NCBI GenBank assembly: GCA_964511015.1
Contig: CAZEDX010000002.1
Location: forward strand, 197-64,196
Length of the DNA: 64,000 nucleotides
Reading direction: 5' to 3'
Source of the DNA: an uncultured bacterium
Lineage (GTDB): Bacteria; Lernaellota; Lernaellaia; Lernaellales; Lernaellaceae
Shown here in pieces: positions 37,801 to 45,482 of this stretch; position 1 is the stretch's first letter; every line of letters starts with the position of its first letter. The notes beneath the pieces are model-generated. The model was not told where the DNA came from and did no database searches. It saw nothing but the letters and a program-made list of their open reading frames with translations. The translations under genes and the position numbers were made by a program.

Positions 37801-38865
37801 CAGCACGCACTGGGCAACAGTCTGTACTACGAAGGCCTCTCCCATCAGTTCGCCGGCCGCCTTGAACAGGCAAGCAAGGTTTTCCAACAAGCGATAAAAA
37901 TCCATGAACAGATCGGCGCGCTGTTCGAACTGGAATTGGAATATACCTCCTATGCACAATCGTTGCGTCACATGGGCCGCCTGGACCAGGCCTGCGACTA
38001 CCTGCTGAAATCAAAAGAAATCGCCGAAGCGGTGCGTGACTTCCGGGGCATCGCCGACGCCCACTATGAGCTGGCCGAGTATTTCTACTACACCGGGAAC
38101 TTCGAAGAAGCGCGGCGCAACGTGGCGATCTGCTTCGAATACACAACCAAAGACTCCAACCCATTGTTGTATGCCATCGCCAAGCGGGTACTGGCCAAGA
38201 TCTTGCTGCGGGAAGGCAAGACCGAGCAGGCCATCGAATTGTTGGAAGAAAGCCGGCAGGTAGCCGCCGGAAGGAAACTGGCCGGGGAATACATCATCGA
38301 CAACGAGTTGAGCCTCGGCGAGGCATATTTGCGCCGGTTGAAGGAAAACCCGGAAATGTCTCCCAAGGAACGTCGCCGCACTCTACGTCGGGTGGCTTCC
38401 TTGCAGAGGCAAACACGTTTTAGTTCCTCCACTTATCGCAACTACCTTGGCTCGTCCTATCGCCTCAAAGGCCTATTGCGCGCCGCGCAACACCGGACTC
38501 GCGAAGCCCGTTTTTTCCTGGGACGGGCAGCATCCATGATGGAGCGCGCCGGCCAACTCTACGAGTTGGGCCGTACCAAAGTAGCGCTGGCCGACCTGCT
38601 CGAGTCCACCGACCAGACAGCGGCCACGCGTTTGCGGGCCGACGCATACTTGTTGTTTGAGTCCTGCAACGCACGGGGTGATATGAGGCAGTTGGCAATC
38701 TCGGCCAAGGCAATCGATCCCGGCCGGATATCGTCTCGGTTGGTGGCGGATTCGTCGCGTGGAGGTGGCTCGCCATTGGCCTCTCCCACACTCGACAGCA
38801 TTCTGGTTTCATCAAGCCGGCGCAAGGTCGACGAAAAACCCACTGAGCCGGTCTGTCAGGATTAG
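34831..38865 (+). CDS. Ser/Thr protein kinase fused to STAND/AAA ATPase and TPR-rich C-terminal region
   Basis: Kinase motifs are the Gly-loop IGQGGWSEVY, Lys VVAKIM, catalytic HQDLKPSNL (Q replaces the usual R), DFG and SPE. Walker A GETGSGKS and Walker B VVVFEDMHWAD. About 700 aa of TPR-like helical repeats follow. Confidence 0.9.
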   Translation: MKTMVGRTLRNRYQLRHKIGQGGWSEVYEAFDLQENVPVVAKIMEAGRDTTHDNMVLLFQREAVSLLRYHHRHIVKIVDFGEDQGSCFIIMEHDNGLSLFHYLTTQEWPTISEVVRLMIQITEALQYLHATGSVHQDLKPSNLILKDGRIDQCKIVDFGCVLLKNLVYSSTKQIITGTFPYISPEQLGAYNNVVDHRSDLYSLGVIFYELLSGTRPFPPDMTANDILQGRFDRIVPPSRLNPLIPEVLDRIVMKLIEHDPKNRYQTSAGLLEDLSQYQILSTRTVGSPYFRIGKADAKGNLEFDVPLIGREEELADLRQMLQQAKTKGAMLLLGGETGSGKSRLLEEFRLSLAASEQIYLFSKCSESNINFPYFPLIQIFHDYSEYLSTLSPEDAAPHHAIIREALTPFHTELANLAPAIVKLLPPTPPAAHTDDPTTRMLQFQEKIGEFFATVAERIKPLVVVFEDMHWADAGTCRFLQVLTPMLNERRNLLCILSYRSEEVDDHPNLKELLNRVRTNKGNLVWLRVSPLPPMTVWDFVATIVPEGTEGYSDLMRLLIEFGRGNPLFLIELIRALMVEEAIVRDGTRWQIARERLNVPAVGLSLAEIIIRRTKQLSNECKKVLGTASCVGRTFSSHLLADIVGLPVRDLLTYLDEALRSRLVLRRGVVDGDNYSFTHDRIHETFYQSVDPIVRRNLHLLIAQTLERQNQADPRKAVYELAFHFLRADEPARAFRYVLQAADAAQYSMAMHQAAQYLEQGLDLLGRLPTGVDFLAADPSPLRAAVRQRTNKPVSPRRELEERIREDLADVYLFIGEYDKAIENYNRVRSEGMDLVSLAVLERKIGTVYVRRGDLPLAIEHFHAGIRHLRGGMSQTRVGAIAHSIWYMLLNGCQFLLPARLRRLCFSRRQQQVKELVAMYNLTSFAYFWVDVGRALEVQAKARFLVNFLDHSSVVTRVLDQMIVFWSLFSVGWLSRRNARVSQSICRELGDQHALGNSLYYEGLSHQFAGRLEQASKVFQQAIKIHEQIGALFELELEYTSYAQSLRHMGRLDQACDYLLKSKEIAEAVRDFRGIADAHYELAEYFYYTGNFEEARRNVAICFEYTTKDSNPLLYAIAKRVLAKILLREGKTEQAIELLEESRQVAAGRKLAGEYIIDNELSLGEAYLRRLKENPEMSPKERRRTLRRVASLQRQTRFSSSTYRNYLGSSYRLKGLLRAAQHRTREARFFLGRAASMMERAGQLYELGRTKVALADLLESTDQTAATRLRADAYLLFESCNARGDMRQLAISAKAIDPGRISSRLVADSSRGGGSPLASPTLDSILVSSSRRKVDEKPTEPVCQD

Positions 38866-38894
38866 GAATTTGATTCTAGGAAGGGCCCACTGCT

Positions 38895-40178
38895 ATGAAG
38901 ATCGTGCTGATATCGCCGAAAGCCAAGGTGAATGAGGCCATTAAAAGCGTGACCGGTTTCCGCATCGCACAGATGAGCCTGGCGCAAGTCGCCGCTTGTA
39001 TGCCTCCGGATGTCGAAATCGAATTGGTGGACGAACTTATCCGTCCGGCGCCTCCGGATACCGACGCCGATCTCGTCGGAATTTCAGTAATGACCGAAGT
39101 GGTCGAACGAGCGTACGAAATCGCCGACGAATACCGCCGACGCGGCAAGTCCGTCATCATGGGTGGTATTCACCCCACCCTGCTGCCACAAGAAGCATTG
39201 CAACACTGCGACGCCGTCGTCGTCGGTGAGGCCGAAGGCCAGATGGAACAGCTAGTCAAGGATTTCCGCGCCCAACGCATGCGTAGCATCTACGCTCGTG
39301 ATTCATTGGCTGATCTGAAAGGCCTGCCGTGGCCACGTCGCGATCTGCTAGATCGGCGCAACTACCGAACCATCAACTGCGTTCAAGTCAGCCGCGGCTG
39401 CCCCAACCAGTGTGATTTTTGCATTGTGCCTGTGGTCCACGGACGTAAGTATCGTTCACGGCCGGTCGACGACGTGTTGGCGGAAATCGACACCCTAGAA
39501 GGTCGCGAGTTGTTTTTCGTCGACGACAATCTGGCGGGTAATCGCAAGCACGCCCTGGAATTCTTCAAGGCGTTGGCCTCGCGGAACCGGCTTTTCGTCG
39601 GCCAATTGTCAGCCACGACGCTCAAAGACGAAGAAATGCTGCGGACATTGCGGCGAGCGGGCGGAGTCGGGTTCTTCATCGGCCTGGAATCAATCTCTCA
39701 GAACACACTGGATTCGGTCGGCAAGCGCCAAAAGGCCGCGGAGTACATCGACGGTATCAAAAGGCTCCATGACCACGGTATGACAATGGCAGGAGCCTTC
39801 GTTTTCGGCTTGGATTCCGACGAGGTGGACGTTTTCGAACGCACGATCGAGTTTGTGGATAAGTCCGAAATCGACATTGTCCAGTTCACGTTGTTAACAC
39901 CCTTTCCGGGCACCCCGATCTATAAACGCCTTAGCCAGGATGGCAGACTGGTCGATCCCCAATGGTGGCTGACCAGCACATGGAATCATGTTCCATATCA
40001 ACCACTTAGATTTTCCAGACAAGAGCTTCGAGAGAAATGGATCTGGGCTCTGAAGGAGACTTACCGATTGCCCCGGGTATTCAAACGAACCACCAGATTG
40101 CTACACCGGCGGTCATTTCCGGCCAACCTGATCACCTACCGAGCCAACCTAGCTTATCGAGAAGGCTTGGCTTTCTAG
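38895..40178 (+). CDS. B12-binding domain radical SAM protein (class B radical SAM)
   Basis: AGGAAGGG upstream of the ATG. N-terminal Rossmann-like cobalamin-binding region. Radical SAM cluster motif VSRGCPNQCDFC. 29 nt downstream of the kinase gene. Confidence 0.85.
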   Translation: MKIVLISPKAKVNEAIKSVTGFRIAQMSLAQVAACMPPDVEIELVDELIRPAPPDTDADLVGISVMTEVVERAYEIADEYRRRGKSVIMGGIHPTLLPQEALQHCDAVVVGEAEGQMEQLVKDFRAQRMRSIYARDSLADLKGLPWPRRDLLDRRNYRTINCVQVSRGCPNQCDFCIVPVVHGRKYRSRPVDDVLAEIDTLEGRELFFVDDNLAGNRKHALEFFKALASRNRLFVGQLSATTLKDEEMLRTLRRAGGVGFFIGLESISQNTLDSVGKRQKAAEYIDGIKRLHDHGMTMAGAFVFGLDSDEVDVFERTIEFVDKSEIDIVQFTLLTPFPGTPIYKRLSQDGRLVDPQWWLTSTWNHVPYQPLRFSRQELREKWIWALKETYRLPRVFKRTTRLLHRRSFPANLITYRANLAYREGLAF

Positions 40179-40221
40179 AAATTGCTCAAATTCCATGGCG
40201 AAAAAAATCATGGAAAAATAC

Positions 40222-40250
40222 TTTACAAGTGGTTTTGTACGTGCTATTGT
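40222..40250 (+). promoter_or_regulatory. Sigma-70-like promoter TTTACA-n17-TATTGT upstream of the RRM protein gene
   Basis: Read directly: -35 TTTACA at 40222-40227, 17-nt spacer, -10 TATTGT at 40245-40250. Implies a 5' UTR of about 200 nt containing a GCGGGC-n6-GCCCGC hairpin. Confidence 0.45.
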
Positions 40251-40455
40251 CCACGTGGTATTTGGTTCATTTCATGTGTGTATGGTGAGGGTTTCGTATC
40301 GAGAGCGCCTACCTGCTTTACGGAATTTCCCATCCATTTGAGATGGCACGGTAGCTTTGCGACCATCGTGGTTGTTGAGCGATAGCGGGCGCGGTTGCCC
40401 GCACGGACCCAAGCAAAGCCCTTGAGGCAATGCGAAACAGAGAAGGACAGAAGGT

Positions 40456-40764
40456 ATGCCGAAGAAGTTGTTTGTAGGGAGTCTGGGCTGGAACACGAAA
40501 GACGATGCTTTGCGCGATGCGTTCGCTCGTTTTGGCGAAGTGACTGAAGCCAAAGTCATCACCGACCGCGAAACTGGCCGTTCGCGTGGTTTCGGTTTCG
40601 TGACGTTCGCCAACTCCGAAGATGCCGATGCGGCTGTGGCCGAGATGAACGGCGCCGAACTGGAAGGCCGTACGATCAAGGTCGATGTCGCTCAGGACAA
40701 GCCGAAAGGTGGCGGCCGCCCCGGTGGTCGTGGCGATTTCGGTGGCAATCGCAATCGTTGGTAG
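40456..40764 (+). CDS. RRM-type RNA-binding protein with glycine-rich C-terminus
   Basis: RNP2 LFVGSL and RNP1 RGFGFVTF. Gly-rich tail GGGRPGGRGDFGGNRNRW. AGAAGGT precedes the ATG. Confidence 0.95.
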   Translation: MPKKLFVGSLGWNTKDDALRDAFARFGEVTEAKVITDRETGRSRGFGFVTFANSEDADAAVAEMNGAELEGRTIKVDVAQDKPKGGGRPGGRGDFGGNRNRW

Positions 40765-40832
40765 TTCCGCCTAGTACCTACGCCCTGTATAGCCTCAGGG
40801 CTTGCTCGTAGTTGGACGGAAATGGCTCGGTA

Positions 40833-40856
40833 GCTGTGCCCCTTTTGGGGCACAGC
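40833..40856 (+). terminator. Hairpin GCTGTGCCCC-tttt-GGGGCACAGC downstream of the RRM gene
   Basis: Perfect 10-bp stem with a 4-nt loop, 69 nt after the stop. A T-rich stretch (cttgttctttt) follows shortly but not immediately. Confidence 0.5.
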
Positions 40857-41868
40857 GCCGGGCTTGTTCTTTTAAGGCCTCCCCTTTGCGAACACGATAC
40901 TTGTTCGTCGCCAACACTGCTGTTGCTTATGTCCATATTTCTGGCGTGAGCAGTATTCTCGTCTTTTGTTCCCGTTTCAGCAAAAGAGCCCACCTTAGGA
41001 CACGGTATTTCCTATACTTTGACCTTAGATGTCGCTGCACATATAGCCACAACTGTTCGTTCTGGCATCGTCGCCCAGTCCGCCCGGGTCTCAACAGCGC
41101 GGCAGCGGCCGGCTAAAGCCAGTGCCTTGTACGACCCATCTTCATGAGCGGCAATTACAAGCTGCCGGTGAACTTCGTGAAAGTAGGCTACATGTTCCAG
41201 CTTTGCCAACCATCTCCGCTCTCACGACGTCTGGCGCACCAAGCCGAGTTGGCGGATTCGGCAGCCGCAGCCTTACCGCAAAATGGCGGTGTTCATCTTG
41301 AGGAGCGGCGAACAGCCACAGACGGCAACACCCTGGTCCTCGTCAACGTGTCCTGTTACAAGGGTGTGGTCTATGCAGGTGAATATGTTTCTCCAAAAGG
41401 ATTTCAACACCGCCGCTCTAAGGTGTCCATCTGAAGTTGTGCCAATTCCGATCAAGCCGAAGTTGAAAAGTAGTCCGTTTTCTTCGCGCAACACCGCGAA
41501 AACCAGGACCAGCAAGGCGATTAGCGCTTGTACCATTTGGAATCTCAGAGCCGCCCCATTCGGCGTTGGTTGACTGAATACCTCTTGCTGATTGCACGTT
41601 CATAAATAACTTGACAGTACAGCAATCGACCGCCCTGGAGCGTCGGAAGCGGCGGCTTGATGACACCAACTGGCAGATGTCTCACCTCTGGACGGAGACA
41701 GCCTACCTTACCCTCATTCTCTGTGCGTTCAACTGACCTCAACAACACCCCTTACCGAAGGGCTACATTTGTCCATGAGGCCCTGACGACAAACACTCTA
41801 TTTGTACTGGAAGCGGCTGGAGTCGCGTAACAAAGTTCCGCGCGGCGCGCAGCTGGTTCTGCATATAT

Positions 41869-42183
41869 TTGTTCATTGAATTATGCGCCTTGACTGCAGC
41901 ATTTGTCGGTTCGTCTCCGTGGGTCGCCCGAATTCTCATGCTACTGCTGGTTGGACTCTTCGCCACCGACGGCGTATTGCTGTGGCGAGGTGGCCGTGTG
42001 GTGATTCTCTTGCAGGTAAGCGCCGACTTGGCATTGGCGGCTTTCGGCGCGGTGGCATTGGCCCTGGCCAATGCTTCGCCGTTGGCGTTCGCCGAGCCTA
42101 TAGCGGCCGCAGTGATCGGCCTGGCGATGTTGGCTTCACCCATTCGAAAACTACTGCACCATACTCCCGATCCCAACGTATAA
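41869..42183 (+). CDS. Possible small membrane protein (3 TM), TTG start or internal ATG
   Basis: High-GC, hydrophobic ORF (LMLLLVGLFATDG..., ALAAFGAVALALA...). No clear RBS. Low confidence. Confidence 0.3.
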   Translation: MFIELCALTAAFVGSSPWVARILMLLLVGLFATDGVLLWRGGRVVILLQVSADLALAAFGAVALALANASPLAFAEPIAAAVIGLAMLASPIRKLLHHTPDPNV

Positions 42184-42190
42184 CACGGGT

Positions 42191-42649
42191 TCACATCAAT
42201 CCAGCCTGGTGCAGTCTGTTCAACATCCGCTCTTTGTGTGTACCGGCCCAATAGATCCGCCCACACTGCAGACAGCGGGAAAATGTCTTTTGAGTGGCAA
42301 AAACATAGGGCGGCACCAGTCCGCGCACTTGGTCCCGTGTTAGAGTCTCGACCTTCGCATCACACACTGAGCAAACGGTCAGCATCCGATCGGATTCAAT
42401 CGCGAGAGCGAATCGCTGCACAACTTGCCGCAACTGCACCATGGTATCGCTTGACGACAGTTGGCAGACCGTGGACGCGTCACCCATCCGGCGGTTCTTG
42501 GTCAACAGAACACGGTCTTCTTCCAGTGCGTGTGCCAACAGACGGTCGGGATCCGACTCGCGATCAATCCGGCAGTCGTAGCCCAACAGACGCAGCCATC
42601 GCGCCAAACGGCCTACGGTTTTGTCGGCGAGAAACCTTGGTGCGTCCAT
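42191..42649 (-). CDS. Mut7-C/DUF82 family protein (PIN-like RNase domain + C-terminal zinc ribbon)
   Basis: N-terminus PRFLADKTVGRLARWLRLLGYD. C-terminal CSVCDAKV...CLQCGRIYWAGTH. Start placed at the internal ATG (152 aa, family-typical size). The longer track ORF to 42883 would overlap the divergent glycosyltransferase gene. Confidence 0.7.
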   Translation of the reverse strand: MDAPRFLADKTVGRLARWLRLLGYDCRIDRESDPDRLLAHALEEDRVLLTKNRRMGDASTVCQLSSSDTMVQLRQVVQRFALAIESDRMLTVCSVCDAKVETLTRDQVRGLVPPYVFATQKTFSRCLQCGRIYWAGTHKERMLNRLHQAGLM

Positions 42650-42706
42650 GCAGGCATGATAACACATACGCTTGTCAGGCCAGCGCCAGTAGGGCATTCT
42701 GCGCAC

Positions 42707-44230
42707 ATGTATCTCCTCCGTGCGCGTTGGTGGTATCCGGTTGTTCCGGCGGCGGCCTTGCGGCTCTTTGGTCTCGGCAGCCAAAGCTATTGGACCGACG
42801 AAGCGATTACCGTCCAGACTGCCACTTGGTCGTGGGCTAAAATGCTCGCGTATTGGCAAGTCGACCCCCACCCGCCATTGCACTACCTTCTGATTCGTCT
42901 GCTCGTTCTTCTCGGCGGCTCCGGGGAAGGTTGGCTGCGTTTGAGCTCAGCGGCGGCGGGGATCGGTGCAGTACTGTTGGTCTGCGCCGCACTTCAACGC
43001 GCTTTCGACGATCGAACGGCGCTGGTCGGTGGATTACTGGCGGCGTTGAATCCGGCCCTCATCTGGGCATCGCAGGACTTGCGCGGTTCGGCGCCCGCCG
43101 GTTTGTTCCTGGCGTTGACCTTTTACGGCGTTCAGCGGATGGAGAAAAGCGACGGCCGTCACGGCTATCGCATGGCCGCTCTAGGCCTCACCTTGGCCTT
43201 CTACACGCACTACTACGCGTTATTGGCTGCTCCGCTGTTGTTGTTTGGTTCGCGCCACGTCCGCCGGGTGACCTTGTTGGCGCTCCTGGCTTTCGCGCCG
43301 TGGTTTCTGTTCCTGATCAGCCAGACTGCCGCCGCTGCGCAATTCCGTGCCGTAAGCCCTTGGTGGCGGAATCTGGTGGAGACTCTGCTTTACGCCAACG
43401 CAGGTCATTTCCCGTGGCATTGGCCGACCTGGATCGGCACTCTGGACGGTCTGCTGCAACGTCACTTTGCCCTTTACTTGGCCTTGGCCCTGGCGCTGGT
43501 GGCGCCGGTATTCGCCCTGGCCTTCTCTTCCGGACGACGAGGTCTTGCACTCGCCCGGTGGTATCTTATCCCCGCCCTGCTGGCCTGGCTGACCGGCCTT
43601 GTATTGCCGTCGTTCAGTCCGAAGTACCTCGCGCCTTTCCTGCCGTTCCTTGCCGCCGCGGCCGGCGTTGGTTTCGTGAAACTGCACAAGCGCCGTGTCC
43701 GGCTGTCGTACGTCTTGCTGCTAGCCGCCCTGTGCGTTCCCGCGGCTAGCCTATTTGATCTCTATACGAACCCGGCGTTTCAAAAAACGCCGTGGCGAAA
43801 AGAATTGCCACGCCTCGTCGCTGCGCTGAACGAACAGGATCTCATTGTTTTCTACAGCGCCACAGAAGCGACGGATGCGCGTTACTACTTGCCCCACCGG
43901 GCGCAGATCATCGATTTATTGCCGGACTATGCCGCCTATGCGTCGGCGTCGCCCGAAGTGATCGCCGCAGAACTAGACCGACTGGCCGCCCGCCGTTCTG
44001 CGCAGGTAGTGCTCGTGGATCTGAATGGCGCATTGTACGACCGTCTGCGGCAGTCGTTGCTCGAGGTCTTAGGGAATACGCGGAAGAAACTGGTCGATGC
44101 CGAATTGCAGCCGGCGATGGGAGTTCGTTGGATAATGTGGGGTCGTGGGCCTAATCCTTGTCTTTCCTGCTCCGAAACACCAACCGCACCGGCGTCCCCT
44201 CAAACGGCGCAAAGTCCCGCAACCGATTGA
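42707..44230 (+). CDS. Glycosyltransferase family 83/39-like membrane protein (ArnT/PMT_2-type)
   Basis: Multi-TM protein with periplasmic loop motif GLGSQSYWTDEA after TM1. C-terminal soluble domain. The start is chosen as MYLLRARWW; the ATG at 42656 is the alternative. The 3' end overlaps convergent der by about 80 nt. Confidence 0.7.
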   Translation: MYLLRARWWYPVVPAAALRLFGLGSQSYWTDEAITVQTATWSWAKMLAYWQVDPHPPLHYLLIRLLVLLGGSGEGWLRLSSAAAGIGAVLLVCAALQRAFDDRTALVGGLLAALNPALIWASQDLRGSAPAGLFLALTFYGVQRMEKSDGRHGYRMAALGLTLAFYTHYYALLAAPLLLFGSRHVRRVTLLALLAFAPWFLFLISQTAAAAQFRAVSPWWRNLVETLLYANAGHFPWHWPTWIGTLDGLLQRHFALYLALALALVAPVFALAFSSGRRGLALARWYLIPALLAWLTGLVLPSFSPKYLAPFLPFLAAAAGVGFVKLHKRRVRLSYVLLLAALCVPAASLFDLYTNPAFQKTPWRKELPRLVAALNEQDLIVFYSATEATDARYYLPHRAQIIDLLPDYAAYASASPEVIAAELDRLAARRSAQVVLVDLNGALYDRLRQSLLEVLGNTRKKLVDAELQPAMGVRWIMWGRGPNPCLSCSETPTAPASPQTAQSPATD

Positions 44231-45482
44231 CCAGATAGCGGCGATAGGAAAAGTGCACGCCCGCGGGGTTGTTGGCGAAAATGACGAATGTCGGCGGCCG
44301 CACCGACGCCTGTGTCATGTAGTATAGCTTGAGTGTCCGGCCACCGATCATCGGCGCGCCGTGATGCGCAACCGCTTCCTCAAGAAACCGGTTGAGCGGT
44401 CCGGTTTGCAAACGTCGCAACTGGTTCTCGCGCACGATGGGAATCGTTTCGAACAGCTTCTTGATGCCTTTGCCTGTTTCTGCACTGCAATACATGATCG
44501 GAATCCAATCAAGGCCAACCATGCGGCGACTGATGTCACGTTTAACGGCTTGACGCCACGCGTCCTGGTCTTTCACCAGATCGACCTTGTTGAACACCAG
44601 AATAATGCCGCGGCCACGCTCCTCGGCGTAGGACAACACGTGCAACGTCTGGTCGGTCAGTGGCGTAGTCGCGTCATGCAGCAGCACGGCGATGTCGGTG
44701 TCGTCCAATGCCTGTAGCGCCTTGACGACCGCGAACTTCTCGACCATTTGCGTCACCCGGCCTTTTCGCCGGATTCCCGCCGTATCAATGAGTTCAAAAG
44801 GCTGATCATGCAAGGAGAATGGCACGTAGATCGCGTCGCGGGTCGTGCCGGGAATCGAGCTAGTGATCAGCCGCTTCTCGCCGAGAATGCGGTTGATCAT
44901 GGTCGACTTGCCAACATTCGGCGCCCCCACGAACGCGATGCGCGTGGGGCGCCGTTCGTCCTGGCTGTCTTCTGCTTCCGCGACCTTGGGAAAGTCGGCG
45001 GTAATTTTGTCGAACAACGCAGCGACGCCGTAATTTTCGCGCGCACTGATGGTGTAAAGCTCCGCCACGCCCAGGCGGTAGAACTCGTAGGCGAGCTTCT
45101 CTTGCCCTTCGGCGTCTACTTTGTTGACCACCCAATAGATCGGTTTGTTCACCGGCCGCAGTTTTACTACGATATCTTCGTCTTCGGGATTCAGTCCCTC
45201 ATGTCCATCCATCAGCAGCACGATCACATCTGCCGCTTCGATGGCAAAATCCACCTGCGTATTGACCTCGGCCGTCAACTCGTCCGTATGTACTGTCGAG
45301 AGGCCACCGGTGTCGACCAATGTGAACTGGCGGCCGCGAAATGTCACCGACGCGTAGTGTAGGTCGCGCGTGACCCCCGGCTGTGGAGCGACGAGCGCCT
45401 TATTCTTGCCGGCCAAGCGGTTGAACAGCGTGGATTTACCTACGTTTGGACGACCAATAATGGCAACCAACGGAAGACTCAT
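44151..45482 (-). CDS. der: Ribosome-biogenesis GTPase Der (EngA), two GTPase domains + KH-like domain
   Basis: Two G-domains: GRPNVGKSTLFN...DTGG and GAPNVGKSTMIN...DTAG, with NKVD and NKxD motifs. Start overlaps the era stop. Confidence 0.95.
   Translation of the reverse strand: MSLPLVAIIGRPNVGKSTLFNRLAGKNKALVAPQPGVTRDLHYASVTFRGRQFTLVDTGGLSTVHTDELTAEVNTQVDFAIEAADVIVLLMDGHEGLNPEDEDIVVKLRPVNKPIYWVVNKVDAEGQEKLAYEFYRLGVAELYTISARENYGVAALFDKITADFPKVAEAEDSQDERRPTRIAFVGAPNVGKSTMINRILGEKRLITSSIPGTTRDAIYVPFSLHDQPFELIDTAGIRRKGRVTQMVEKFAVVKALQALDDTDIAVLLHDATTPLTDQTLHVLSYAEERGRGIILVFNKVDLVKDQDAWRQAVKRDISRRMVGLDWIPIMYCSAETGKGIKKLFETIPIVRENQLRRLQTGPLNRFLEEAVAHHGAPMIGGRTLKLYYMTQASVRPPTFVIFANNPAGVHFSYRRYLVNRLRDFAPFEGTPVRLVFRSRKDKD

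Noticed and set aside
41763-42266. 167-aa minus-strand ORF and other short ORFs in the 40.9-41.9 kb gap
   Set aside because: No RBS and non-coding-like composition. Overlaps the more plausible small membrane ORF and the Mut7-C stop region. Treated as non-coding (see the finding on this region).
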